From Candidatus Thorarchaeota archaeon (GTDB taxonomy: Archaea > Asgardarchaeota > Thorarchaeia > Thorarchaeales > Thorarchaeaceae), in contig CAVSBO010000016.1 of assembly GCA_963726195.1 (NCBI GenBank), forward strand, positions 32,001-96,000: 64,000 nt of DNA, written 5' to 3'. Shown here piece after piece: positions 1 through 9,215 of this stretch (positions are counted from its first letter, which is position 1; every line of letters starts with the position of its first letter). The position numbers and the translations under genes are program-made. A model generated the notes under the pieces. The model saw nothing but the letters and a program-made list of their open reading frames with translations, did not search any database and was not told where the DNA came from.

Positions 1-518
1 TTGAACGCGACGGATGTTAACCCAAATGGCCCAGTTACTGCAATGATGTCGCCTTTCTTCGCTCCACCTCTCGGCACAATTCCGTTATGAGGTGCAGTGC
101 CTAGTCCGACGCCAGTAAGAACGGTTCCGCAGGAGACGCCCATGTCACCACCAACGAAACTCATTGCACATTGTGTGCAGTACTGAGAGAAACCCCGAAT
201 CATGTCCCGAACACCAGCTGCATCGCGGTCTCCCGGAACGCACAGCGACAGCATGCTTGCAACTGGAGTTGCACCTTTGGCTACGAGATCACTGATTACC
301 ATGACCGCGGTCTTCCTCCCGACTTGAGCCTCCGTCATGCCAGGTAACCAATCGGACCCACTATTGAAAGCATCAACCTTGACAACCATGTGTGTTCCGC
401 CGGGGAGAGGTATGTCTGATGCGTCATCATCAAATTCAAGTCGTGCGCCCTTTACTTGCTTGACCATGCTTGCTATACTCGCAAGAAAATCGCGCTCACC
501 CACATCACGGATTGTCAA
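1..518 (-). CDS. thiL: Thiamine-monophosphate kinase (runs off the window edge, C-terminus missing)
   Basis: Manual translation from TTG at 518 (GGAGG upstream): MTIRDVGERDFL...LEFDDDASD...VISDLVAKGATP...FVGGDM, which are ThiL/PurM-family motifs; not in ORF track. Confidence 0.85.
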   Translation of the reverse strand, partial: MTIRDVGERDFLASIASMVKQVKGARLEFDDDASDIPLPGGTHMVVKVDAFNSGSDWLPGMTEAQVGRKTAVMVISDLVAKGATPVASMLSLCVPGDRDAAGVRDMIRGFSQYCTQCAMSFVGGDMGVSCGTVLTGVGLGTAPHNGIVPRGGAKKGDIIAVTGPFGLTSVAF

Positions 519-560
519 GGACCATGCCTCCGCAACTTCCTACGCTGATTGATGATAAAC

Positions 561-568
561 CTTTATTA
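561..568 (+). promoter_or_regulatory. TATA-like box for tRNA-Thr
   Basis: CTTTATTA about 30-37 nt upstream of the tRNA 5' end, preceded by purine-rich GATAAA. Confidence 0.5.
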
Positions 569-598
569 GAGAACCGGACGGGTCTTCGGCTTAGTCGG

Positions 599-710
599 GC
601 CTCCGTGGCTTAGTGGCTATAGCGTCCGCCTCGTAAGCTTTGCAGCAACACAACAGCCTGTAGGCCAAAACAGCGGAAAGTCGCGGGTCCAATTCCCGCC
701 GGAGGCTCCA
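599..710 (+). tRNA. tRNA-Thr(CGU) with 36-nt intron at 37/38 (636-671), encoded CCA
   Basis: Acceptor GCCTCCG/CGGAGGC, U73 then CCA; anticodon stem TCCGC/GCGGA with CGT at 632-634; T stem GCGGG/CCCGC; intron hairpin GCTTTGCAG/CTGTAGGC. Confidence 0.9.
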
Positions 711-1163
711 TCTCAATTCTGAGCCTTGGTCCAATACCTGCAGCAGAATCGTCCATGGGCGGACTCAAGATACAGCCAGCACATTCTCAAGATTACTGGA
801 CATGATTTCTGCACGCTTCATTAGCCTTTTAGGAGTTCAGACACCAATTCTCTAGAGGCGGGGGCGGAGGTGAAATGGAATGAAGCATAACAAGAAGGAA
901 GAGCAGAAGAACAAGCGTGATAGACCACTCCCTCCTTTCGAGTGGTATGCAGCGGCCACAAGGTAGTCTGGTACTGCCTGACTGCGTGGCCAACCAATTG
1001 CATGTCTGAAATCTCGTTTTCTCTTGGATGGTCATGTTGATTTATCAACAGACGACGGGGTGGCATCCAGCAAAGGCTGCTGTCATGAAAGACCCCCGAC
1101 GACTGCCGAAAAGATAAAAAGTGCCGCACATGGCTCTCTGCTTGTTCAGGCATTCAATTCCTT

Positions 1164-1251
1164 GCGGAGGTTGCCAAGCCAGGTCAAAGGCGCAGGCCTG
1201 AGGCGCCTGTCTCGCAGGGGTTCGAGGGTTCAAATCCCTCCCTCCGCACCA
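1164..1251 (+). tRNA. tRNA-Leu(GAG), long variable arm, encoded CCA
   Basis: GCGGAGG/CCTCCGC acceptor, CAGGC-CT-GAG-GC-GCCTG anticodon arm, GGTTCAAATCC T arm, ACCA end. Confidence 0.95.
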
Positions 1252-1440
1252 GACTTCTTCATATTCAGACACTGTTTGTTAGTCAGCCCGAATGAAGCAC
1301 GAGTCTGATTCACTTGACCAGATTGAAATCAGAGGTATGCAATGTAGAACTGTCCTCTGAGCATGAAGAGAATGCGCCGTGGTGGTAGTTATAAAGGACA
1401 TACAGTATCTTGAAGGTGCAGCCCAAAGGAGCCTCAAGCC

Positions 1441-2454
1441 ATGGTCTCAGTAAAGATTGGAATAATCGGCGTCGGTAGCATGGGTCAGATACATGCGAGA
1501 GTGCTCGGAAACATGCGGGCACTCACTGCGGTCGCAGACAGTGATTTCGAGCGAGCAAAGAAAGTAGGCGCCACCTACAATGTGAAAGCGTTTGACAACT
1601 TTGAATCCATGATTGAGGATGCCGAACTGGACGCAGCCATAATATCTACTCCTACGCCCACACATGCGGCTATTGCAGAGAAGGTTGCCAAGAACTACGA
1701 CTCCATCAAGGGCCTTCTTATTGAGAAGCCACTTGCCAGCAATCTCGAGGACGCAATCAAGGTCGCAGGTCTGTTACGCTCGAAAGGTATCGCCGCTGTC
1801 GTCTCGCACTCCGAGGTTTACAATCCTGTGGTCGACAGAGCGCTATCTCTGATACAATCGGGTGCTATTGGTACCCCTAGGAACGTCATCCATGATAGAC
1901 GAGGCTTTGTCCTAGTATCCAGAATTCCTTCACTTGGAGATGTTCTCGAAGACATAGGCGTACACGACTTCGACATAATGGCTAGGATAAGCTCAGGTCG
2001 AGCCAAACTCTATGCTCAAGGCAATTCCGATGGGGGAATCCTAAACTCAGCTACGGTGATTATCAAGTTCGAAACGGGCACAGAGCATACCTTCCACCTG
2101 TCAAGGCAGTACGCAGGAAGAAGAAGATACATGGACATATCAGGTACCAAAGGAACGCTTGTGCTAGATTTGTTCGCTCAAATCATAACAGTACAGGACA
2201 TGGATCAGGCACCTTCTTCGGACAGTAGGACGCTACAACTCCCTGAGAGAGGCCTAACAATAAAGGCATATGGTGAACCAGTGCAGGAAGTGGTGAACGA
2301 CTTCTTGAAATGTGTGGAGACCAAGGCAGCCCCGAAGGTAGGACTTGAAGATGGCGTGGCGGCCCTACGCATTGTGGAGGCCGCAAGGGCCAGCACAAAA
2401 TCTGGGAAAGTCCTTGATATCACGGTTCAGGCCAGAGGTGCAGCCGTGAAATAG
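1441..2454 (+). CDS. Gfo/Idh/MocA family NAD(P)-dependent oxidoreductase
   Basis: GIIGVGSMG Rossmann motif, TPTPTH, EKP, DIGVHDFD. Confidence 0.9.
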   Translation: MVSVKIGIIGVGSMGQIHARVLGNMRALTAVADSDFERAKKVGATYNVKAFDNFESMIEDAELDAAIISTPTPTHAAIAEKVAKNYDSIKGLLIEKPLASNLEDAIKVAGLLRSKGIAAVVSHSEVYNPVVDRALSLIQSGAIGTPRNVIHDRRGFVLVSRIPSLGDVLEDIGVHDFDIMARISSGRAKLYAQGNSDGGILNSATVIIKFETGTEHTFHLSRQYAGRRRYMDISGTKGTLVLDLFAQIITVQDMDQAPSSDSRTLQLPERGLTIKAYGEPVQEVVNDFLKCVETKAAPKVGLEDGVAALRIVEAARASTKSGKVLDITVQARGAAVK

Positions 2455-3722
2455 GTTCGATTAGCAGAGATTATGCGAACCTCCACGTCTTCGCCCAAGT
2501 GCAACGAATCGTGAATTACTATTCGTCGATATGCCCAGTTTCTGCAAACAACCCCGCCTTTTGGTCCAGCCTCAGTAGCAATCACGCGACCAGTCCAGCC
2601 AATCCAACAAGTGTTTGCCTTAAGAGCAGACTTAGCCACCACCGTTGACAACCTTCGGCTTCTTGCTTTCTTGATTGACGTGTCCACCTTTTCGGACGAC
2701 GCCAACGCCGGGGTGCCGGGACGGTCGCCATACTTCGATATGTTCACTATCTCAGGAGTCGTGCTCTGGATGATGTCAACGGTTTCCTGAAAATCATCGT
2801 CTGACTCTCCAGGGAACCCTACGATGATATCCGTTGCAAGCGTCGCGTGAGGAAAGGCCTTTTTGATGCCGTGCACGACAGACATCCAATCTGCTGCCAA
2901 GTAGTCGCGGCCCATTGCACGGAGCATTCGATCACTTCCTGATTGCAGAGGAACATGGAAGAACTTGAAGAAATGGTCGGATTGCATTACATCAAGCAGA
3001 TCATGCAGCTTGTCAGAAGCAAGATTCGGATTCAACATGCCGAGCCGGAAGAGGTGTCGACCTTCAATACCATCCAAGGTTCGTAGCAGTTCTACAATGT
3101 CCTCATTCGTATCATGTCCGAATGCTGAGGCATCTTGAGCTGTCAAGCGTATTTCGCGATATCCTTGATGTACACAACGCTCAATCACCTGCTGCAACTC
3201 AGATATCCTATAGCTCTTTACATGCCCTCGGGCAAATCTAACTGCACAATAGGTACAGTGACCAAGACATCCCTCACAAATCGGCACCGTGCACACAACA
3301 CTGCCGGACGGTCCTTCGAAGAAGCTCAGCTTTGATCCGGAGTCTGCTTCAAGATGAATGATACCCCGTTCGCCCTCAAGGACGCGCTTTACGATTGATT
3401 GAATTGAAGCTATTGACTGAGGACCAACAATAGCTGCAAACCGGGCATCTGCGCGTTTCACGCGTTCAAAGGATATCTTGGGCAGACATCCTGCGATAAC
3501 CAAGGGAATGCCCTCATGCGACAGTTCCTCAATTCTATAGACTATCCTGTCCTCTGTTCGCTCCTTCACGCCACAGGTGTTGATTATGAGAACGTCCGCC
3601 TCTCTTGGTAGCTCGATTCTGGTAGCTCCGATTCTTCGCAGCTGACTCATAATGAGGTCGGAGTCCGCAGAATTCAGAGAACAGCCATAGGTCTCGAGAT
3701 AGAACTTGGAGCCCACCTGCAT
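2427..3722 (-). CDS. tRNA methylthiotransferase, MiaB/MtaB (CDKAL1-like) radical SAM with TRAM domain
   Basis: ETYGCSLNSADS, INTCGVK, AGCL, CEGCLGHCTYC, HVPLQSGS, DIIVGFPGE. Confidence 0.9.
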   Translation of the reverse strand: MQVGSKFYLETYGCSLNSADSDLIMSQLRRIGATRIELPREADVLIINTCGVKERTEDRIVYRIEELSHEGIPLVIAGCLPKISFERVKRADARFAAIVGPQSIASIQSIVKRVLEGERGIIHLEADSGSKLSFFEGPSGSVVCTVPICEGCLGHCTYCAVRFARGHVKSYRISELQQVIERCVHQGYREIRLTAQDASAFGHDTNEDIVELLRTLDGIEGRHLFRLGMLNPNLASDKLHDLLDVMQSDHFFKFFHVPLQSGSDRMLRAMGRDYLAADWMSVVHGIKKAFPHATLATDIIVGFPGESDDDFQETVDIIQSTTPEIVNISKYGDRPGTPALASSEKVDTSIKKARSRRLSTVVAKSALKANTCWIGWTGRVIATEAGPKGGVVCRNWAYRRIVIHDSLHLGEDVEVRIISANRTYFTAAPLA

Positions 3723-4004
3723 CTACCCACCCTGCACATGAGGCAAAACAGCAAGTTCGTCTCCAGCTTTTACTATTGTATCTTCTCCGGCAAGTGTGTC
3801 GATGTCTCTCTTATTCAGCAGTAATATTAGATTCCCAGACACACGATCCCCATCCATGATGTACCGTTCTAACTCAGGCCCACCTAGTGTGATGATTTTC
3901 TCAATGACGCTCCTAACTGTTGATCCCTCGGGTAGGTCGACTTCGACTATCTGTTTACCGAGAATTCCACGCAGCTGACCAAAGGACTTGAAAATGACAC
4001 GCAT
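3723..4004 (-). CDS. MoaD/ThiS (SAMP-like) ubiquitin-fold sulfur carrier
   Basis: 93 aa beta-grasp pattern ending GDELAVLPHVQGG (C-terminal di-Gly). Confidence 0.9.
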   Translation of the reverse strand: MRVIFKSFGQLRGILGKQIVEVDLPEGSTVRSVIEKIITLGGPELERYIMDGDRVSGNLILLLNKRDIDTLAGEDTIVKAGDELAVLPHVQGG

Positions 4005-4025
4005 CCTGCTCGCCCCACTGCAGCT

Positions 4026-4397
4026 CTAGGTGGGCTTCCCTTGCAGAGATATCATCTCGTCCACCATCATACCCGCAGTCTTCACGGCCCCGTCAATCTC
4101 GTCCCGTGATGCTTTGTCCATGTGTATTCCGGCTACGACCGTCGTGACGACTCCAAAAGCATTGCATATCTTCTCTGCCGCTGAGTTGGCCACGACGTAG
4201 TCCTTGTGGCCGGGCACAGTTATTGAACTGAGGCTCACGGTTGTGTCCCCTCTATTCGGACTCTTTGTTGGATATGCAATTGAAACGGCACCTATGTGGT
4301 GCTCATCGCCACCATGAATCACGACCAAGATATCCCTGCCAATTGTGCTCGCATCCAGAACAATGGAGTGGCGCCCGACTTTCTTCTCGATTCTCAT
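4026..4397 (-). CDS. LpdD-like / proteasome assembly chaperone-4-like small protein
   Basis: IGRDILVVIHGGDEHHIGAVS...PGHKD...VVAGIH pattern. Confidence 0.6.
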   Translation of the reverse strand: MRIEKKVGRHSIVLDASTIGRDILVVIHGGDEHHIGAVSIAYPTKSPNRGDTTVSLSSITVPGHKDYVVANSAAEKICNAFGVVTTVVAGIHMDKASRDEIDGAVKTAGMMVDEMISLQGKPT

Positions 4398-4414
4398 TGC
4401 TACTAGAGTCTCCT

Positions 4415-4560
4415 CCGAATCTCTAATGCTTTCGCTGACATACTCCCACGGCCAAAGCCCGGGGTTTCAAGGTCTGCATCGTCCTTGCAGTTGCCTCTTG
4501 GGGCGTGCCAGTGCTGCCCTCCGACATATCCCTTTGTACGTCGGATCGAGAAATGCCTGT
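4415..4560 (-). ncRNA. Predicted TnpB omega/reRNA overlapping the tnpB 3' end; guide would be the flank CGAAAGCATTAGAGATTCGG
   Basis: Established IS605 architecture (reRNA ends at the right end, guide taken from the flank); the 5' boundary is a guess. Confidence 0.45.
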
Positions 4561-5489
4561 CTGACGCAACGCTATGTTGAACGAAGCGTTGACGTCGGCA
4601 TTCTCTACGTACCCGCACGTTGAACACCTGAAGCTTTTGCCGTTCCTGTTTCCTATATGGCCGCACCGGGAGCACATCTTGCTCGTGTATGCTGGCTCGA
4701 TACCGACTACAGCTACTCCTCGCAGCTTGGCTTTATACTCTACGAACCTTCGTAGCTGGTGGAAGGACCAACTGTTCAAGGAATAGTTGAACGACTTAAC
4801 ATGTTTCCTGTTCTTCCGGATACCTTGAAGCTGTTCGAACTTGATACCACATTCCGAAGCCTTGGCTATCTCGACTATCTTCCTGCTCATTTTGTGGTTC
4901 AGGTCACGCATGATGCGTCTCTCCCGGTCCTTAATCTTCTTGACCATGCCGTACTTCCCAAGTCTCTGGAGCCTTCGTCGGATGTTCCTGTGTTTCCTAT
5001 GGATATGCTGGCATTGTTTACCGAGCTTCCACACCTTGCCTGACTTTGGGTCGCCAACCACGACAGCGTGCCCCGTGGCGTTCAGGTCCACGCCGATGTA
5101 ATGCTTCGGCTCCACAATCTCCACTTCGGGTACCGTTACCGATATGTAGGCCCACTCCTCATCCAGCTCGATTTGGTTCAGGTGCTCAAAGTCTGGAACT
5201 GATAGGATAGAACCAGCTTCAGAGAAGCCACCATGATGATTCGTTTCTCATGGTCGGCCTTTATGCTCTGCGAGGGCACGATGAGGTTGACGTTCCGAGC
5301 TTTCTTGATGGTCTTGTTCCGACCGTATTTGCGGAGTATCTGGTTCGCTATTACGGATTTGAGACCAATATACTTCACATCCTTGCTCGTGAAGGTTCGA
5401 TACCTGATCGCATGGTCGGCCACCTGCTTCGCCTTTCTCAGCTCTTCTGAGAAGTCGCGGCCGTGCCTGACCTTGTACGTCAGTATCAT
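4423..5489 (-). CDS. tnpB: RNA-guided endonuclease TnpB (~355 aa if a 1-nt deletion near 5195 is repaired)
   Basis: ORFs 5178-5540 and 4423-5124 join as ...YQF(P)DFEHLNQIELD...; RuvC-I GVDLN, RuvC-II KFEQL, Zn finger CSRC/CSTC, RuvC-III NADVNA. Confidence 0.9.
4445..4464 (-). repeat. IS605 right-end subterminal hairpin
   Basis: Minus strand GAAA-CCCCGGGC-TTTG-GCCGTGGG imperfect palindrome, 10 nt from the TCAG end. Confidence 0.8.
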
Positions 5490-5521
5490 TGATTCTTCTG
5501 CTCCTAGAAGTACTTCTTGGC
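5486..5521 (-). pseudogene. tnpA: C-terminal remnant of Y1 transposase TnpA
   Basis: Translates AKKYF*EQKNQ* (compare TnpA KKYIxxQ catalytic-Tyr helix); its TGA overlaps the tnpB ATG (ATGA). Confidence 0.65.
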
Positions 5522-5576
5522 GCTTACCATAAAAACCCACTATCTCTCTGTATGTCGACTACGTGTGCGAATTCTT

Positions 5577-5596
5577 CCCACGACTGAAGTCGTGAG
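5577..5596 (-). repeat. IS605 left-end subterminal hairpin
   Basis: Minus strand GAAGG-CTCACGAC-TTCA-GTCGTGGG. Confidence 0.85.
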
Positions 5597-5644
5597 CCTT
5601 CACCTGCTTTCATCGTGATCTGCCGGAGCCACGACTGATACGAC

Positions 5645-7210
5645 CTAGCTCTCGTCTTCCTCTTGACCGCGTGCTAGATGCATGCGCCATGACAGAGTCA
5701 ATGTCTTCGGATGAGCGGCTCTGTACTCGTCAAGGCGTCCACGAGCGGTTGAGTGGGGCGCACTCATCACTAACTCAGGGTTCTGGTGCGCTTCTTCAGA
5801 TACCTGTTTTATGTCATCGATGAGCGCGTCGACTTCCTGCTTTGATTCCGACTCGGTAGGCTCGATCATCAATGCCTCAGGTACTATCAGAGGAAAATAG
5901 ATTGTCGGGGCGTGAATTCCAAAATCTAAGAGACGCTTGGCTACATTCATGGCTGCAACTCCTGTCTCTGCCTTAAGGCTCTCGGCGGAGAGGACACACT
6001 CATGCATTCGTGGTGTATCTTGAGAATAGGGCAGACTGAACCCGGGAATACGGCTGACATGGTACGCACAGTAGTTGGCGTTGAGAACTGCAGTCTCAGA
6101 TGCTCTCCTGAGGCCCTGTCGGCCCATGGCATATATGTACGAGTAGGCTCTGAGAAGGATACCGAAGTTGCCATAGAAGCCATGAACCTTCCCAATTGAA
6201 CGAGGAAGTTCATAGTTCAAGTCGAAAGCCCCATCCTTCTTCCTGATGATGCGCGGCACTGGCAGGAACTCTGCAAGATTCTGTTTCACTCCCACGGGAC
6301 CGGCACCAGGACCGCCACCTCCATGAGGAGTTGAGAATGTCTTGTGAAGGTTCAGATGCACAACGTCGAATCCCATGTCGCCTGGCCTGACGACGCCGAC
6401 GATAGCATTGAAATTGGCACCATCATAGTATAGCAACCCGCCTGCATCGTGCACAATCCCGGCAACCTCCTCGATGTTGCTTTCGAACAGTCCAATCGTG
6501 TTGGGATTGGTTAGCATCAGGCCGGCAGTGTGAGGACCCGCCGCACTCTTCAATGCGTCAAGATCAACAAGGCCCTCCTTGCTCGAGGGTATTACGACGA
6601 CATTATACCCAGCCATTGCCGCAGAAGCCGGATTCGTGCCATGACCTGCATCAGGTATCAGCATCTCATTTCGTTGGCTGCACTCATTTGTGACACACTT
6701 GTGGTACTGTCGGATGACGAGAACGCCCGTAAGTTCTCCATGAGCGCCTGCAGCTGGCTGGAGTGTAACTGCATCCATTCCGGTTATCTCTGCCAACCAT
6801 TGCTCGAGTTCCCACATCATTTCCAGCGCGCCCTGCGCTGTAGTAACATCCTGCAATGGATGAAGAGAGGAAAAGCCCGGATTTGCGGCAGCCCACTCGT
6901 TCACAGCCGGGTTGTACTTCATTGTGCAGCTTCCGAGTGGGTAAGTTCCAACACTGACAGCGAAATTCATCTGAGACAGTCGCGTATAATGACGTGTGAC
7001 TTGCAGTTCGGAAACTTCAGGCAATCTGGGACTCTCAGCGCGTTGCATTTCCTTGGGGAGAATAGTGTCTATCGAGCCAACTGCGTTCCTTATGCCTTCC
7101 TCCACAGACGGAAGGACGTGTCCAACGACACCGGACACCGACTTCTCGAAAATCAAAGGCTCATCCCACTTGGCTTGACGACCAGTACCACTGATAGTAT
7201 GATCAGCCAT
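5645..7210 (-). CDS. gcvPB: Glycine dehydrogenase (decarboxylating) subunit 2
   Basis: YPLGSCTMKYNP, QPAAGAHGE, HLNLHKTFSTPHGGGGPG (PLP Lys), IEPTESE. Confidence 0.97.
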   Translation of the reverse strand: MADHTISGTGRQAKWDEPLIFEKSVSGVVGHVLPSVEEGIRNAVGSIDTILPKEMQRAESPRLPEVSELQVTRHYTRLSQMNFAVSVGTYPLGSCTMKYNPAVNEWAAANPGFSSLHPLQDVTTAQGALEMMWELEQWLAEITGMDAVTLQPAAGAHGELTGVLVIRQYHKCVTNECSQRNEMLIPDAGHGTNPASAAMAGYNVVVIPSSKEGLVDLDALKSAAGPHTAGLMLTNPNTIGLFESNIEEVAGIVHDAGGLLYYDGANFNAIVGVVRPGDMGFDVVHLNLHKTFSTPHGGGGPGAGPVGVKQNLAEFLPVPRIIRKKDGAFDLNYELPRSIGKVHGFYGNFGILLRAYSYIYAMGRQGLRRASETAVLNANYCAYHVSRIPGFSLPYSQDTPRMHECVLSAESLKAETGVAAMNVAKRLLDFGIHAPTIYFPLIVPEALMIEPTESESKQEVDALIDDIKQVSEEAHQNPELVMSAPHSTARGRLDEYRAAHPKTLTLSWRMHLARGQEEDES

Positions 7211-8614
7211 TATCGTCGACCTCCTCGTGCCACGATGTCCTTGACCGCTTTGACAAGCTCGTCAATGACTGGCTTATTGTGCACCTCTGTTACACTGAAT
7301 AGCATTGATTCGCCAAGAGCCGGGAATTCGTTTGTCAGAATCGTACCGCCGTGCAAGTTCCGTGCAAGGAGACCCTCATGCACGGCGCGGGCCGACAGTC
7401 CCTTCTCGAATCTAACGACGAATTCTTTCCAGATGGATTTCCCAAGAGCGGGGGCCACGACGCCGGGTATGGAACCAAGTTCCTTAGCCGCGTAATTCGA
7501 TCTGTAGGCGATTGTCTCACCGACCTGTCGTAGTCCGGCAGGGCCAAGAAGTGAAAGGTAGATAGCACTGGTCACAGCAGCCAATGCCTCGTTCGAACAG
7601 ATGTTGCTGGTAGCCTTCTCTCTGCGAATGTGCTGCTCACGAGGGCTCAGAGTCAACACAAACCCGCGCTCGTACGGTTCTTCCATCGTCCTAGTCATGC
7701 CAACAAGCCGGCCGGGCATTTGGTAGACAAGCTTCCTATCCATGTTGCATCCAAACACTCCGAGGAGAGGGCCTCCATACGAAGTCGCCGACCCGAGTTC
7801 TTGGCCCTCGCCCACAACAATGTCCGCGCCATAGCTGCCCGGCGGCCTCATGATTCCCAGCGAGAGAATATCTACCCCAGCAATGAGCAGTGCACCTGCA
7901 TCATGTGCAATGTTGTTGATTGAATCGACTTGAGTCTCGATGAAACCCAAGTAGCTCGGGTTCTCAATGTAGACCCCTGCGACGCTTTCATCAATCTTCG
8001 ACTTGAGATCATTTGTTGACATCAGTCCTGTCTTGGGGTCGTAATCCACCTTCTGAACCTCGATATTGGCGGGCTCTGTATAAGTCAACAGCACCTTGTA
8101 GTGGCGGGGGTTGATTGTACCCGGGACCAGAATTCGTGAACGATGTGTGCCGATTCGGACTGCCATTCTTCCCGCTTCTGCAAGACCACTGGCCATGTCA
8201 TACATGCTGCTGTTCACGACATCAATATCCAAGAGCTCTGCCATGAGACTCTGATACTCAAACAGTGTCTGAAGCATTCCTTGGCTAATCTCAGGCTGAT
8301 AGCTGGTGTATGCAGTGACAAACTCCGACCGCCCCGCAAGGGCCCTGACAGCTGCAGGAATATAGTGTATTCCAACTCCTGAGCCAAGGAACATCCGGCC
8401 GTCTCCCATCAACCGGTTCTTGCTTGCCAGCTCTTGGATTCTTCGTGTTACATCAGAGCTCGCTGTGTGAATCAGGTATCTTGAGTTCTCTTCTGAGCCG
8501 GTATTTCTCCGGAATAGTGCTGAAGAGCTCTTCTATCGATGCGCGTCCAATCGACTTGAGCATCATCTCTTCATCGTCTTGCGTGATTGGGAGATAGGGA
8601 TGCCTGAAATCCAT
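7210..8614 (-). CDS. gcvPA: Glycine dehydrogenase subunit 1 (+1 frameshift near 8458)
   Basis: True N-terminus MDFRHPYLPITQDDEEMMLKSIG...IEELFSTIP from 8614; YTSYQPEISQG, REQHIRREKATSNICSN. Confidence 0.95.
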
Positions 8615-8757
8615 GATGGTGCACCAAGCCTGTTCTGATTTGATTTACGGCGCAATTCACAAACCAAATACGTCTTTGGATTAGTCGATGGGGGCCGCAA
8701 GCGATTGGCTTTAAATCGTCATGACTAATCCAGCAAGCGTCAGCGGGGATGATAGAA

Positions 8758-9078
8758 ATGAAACGCTGGTTGATGGACATCATTGCGTGTCCGCGTAGTG
8801 ACTGCAGAAACAAGCTCAATCTAGACGTATACAAGTCACGCAAGGTGGTTGTTGAGGGACAAAGCAGCGAGGAAATCGATGAGGCACTAATCACCTGTCC
8901 CAAATGTGGCCGCTGGTACCCCGTCATTGATGGAATTGCATGCATGCTTCCGGACGATTCAAGATTACAGGGACGACAGAAAACCGAAGAGACAGCCTTT
9001 CTAGAGAGGTGGAAAGACCGAGTGCCAGTCGATATCCTCAAGAAGGGAATACCTTTTGGTCTGGCATCCCAAAGCTGA
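8758..9078 (+). CDS. Trm112 family methyltransferase activator
   Basis: MKRWLMDIIACP..C...L...EI.EALITCPKCGRWYPVIDGI. Confidence 0.85.
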   Translation: MKRWLMDIIACPRSDCRNKLNLDVYKSRKVVVEGQSSEEIDEALITCPKCGRWYPVIDGIACMLPDDSRLQGRQKTEETAFLERWKDRVPVDILKKGIPFGLASQS

Positions 9079-9110
9079 TATATCCAGCGCGAAATGCGCG
9101 TGGTAGCATT

Positions 9111-9215
9111 AGCCCCGTGGTGTAGTGGTCCAGCATCCCGGGCCTTGGAGTCTCATGGCTTCGCGCTATGCGATGAAGAACCCCGGAAACCAAGGTTCGA
9201 ATCCTTGCGGGGCTA
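9111..9215 (+). tRNA. tRNA-Gln(UUG) with 32-nt intron at 37/38 (9149-9180); CCA not encoded
   Basis: A1-U72 acceptor AGCCCCG/CGGGGCT typical of archaeal Gln; stem CCGGG/CCCGG; TTG at 9145-9147; BHB-like geometry; GGTTCGAATCC. Confidence 0.85.

Larger units (their letters stand above)
4435..5617 (-). mobile_element. Non-autonomous IS200/IS605-family element (tnpB plus tnpA remnant)
   Basis: Left-end hairpin CTCACGACTTCAGTCGTGGG, right-end hairpin CCCCGGGCTTTGGCCGTGGG followed by AGTATGTCAG, tnpB ORF; exact ends are inferred. Confidence 0.85.

Noticed and set aside
821-1308. ORFs 821-1153, 829-1035, 1024-1308 and 1045-1272
   Set aside because: No recognisable motifs; two overlap tRNA-Leu; the hydrophobic stretch in 829-1035 is insufficient evidence
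1329-1360. TCAGAGG/CCTCTGA hairpin downstream of tRNA-Leu as a SECIS or C/D sRNA
   Set aside because: No proper AUGA/GA quartet or RUGAUGA box, and no UGA-containing gene nearby
4423-5489. Calling the nuclease Cas12f/Cas14
   Set aside because: No array or cas genes; IS605 ends and the tnpA remnant identify it as TnpB
6530-7495. 321-aa plus-strand ORF
   Set aside because: Antisense shadow of gcvPA/gcvPB with no motifs
9111-9215. Reading the tRNA as Pro(UGG)
   Set aside because: That register breaks the anticodon stem and BHB spacing; the A1-U72 acceptor is Gln-type
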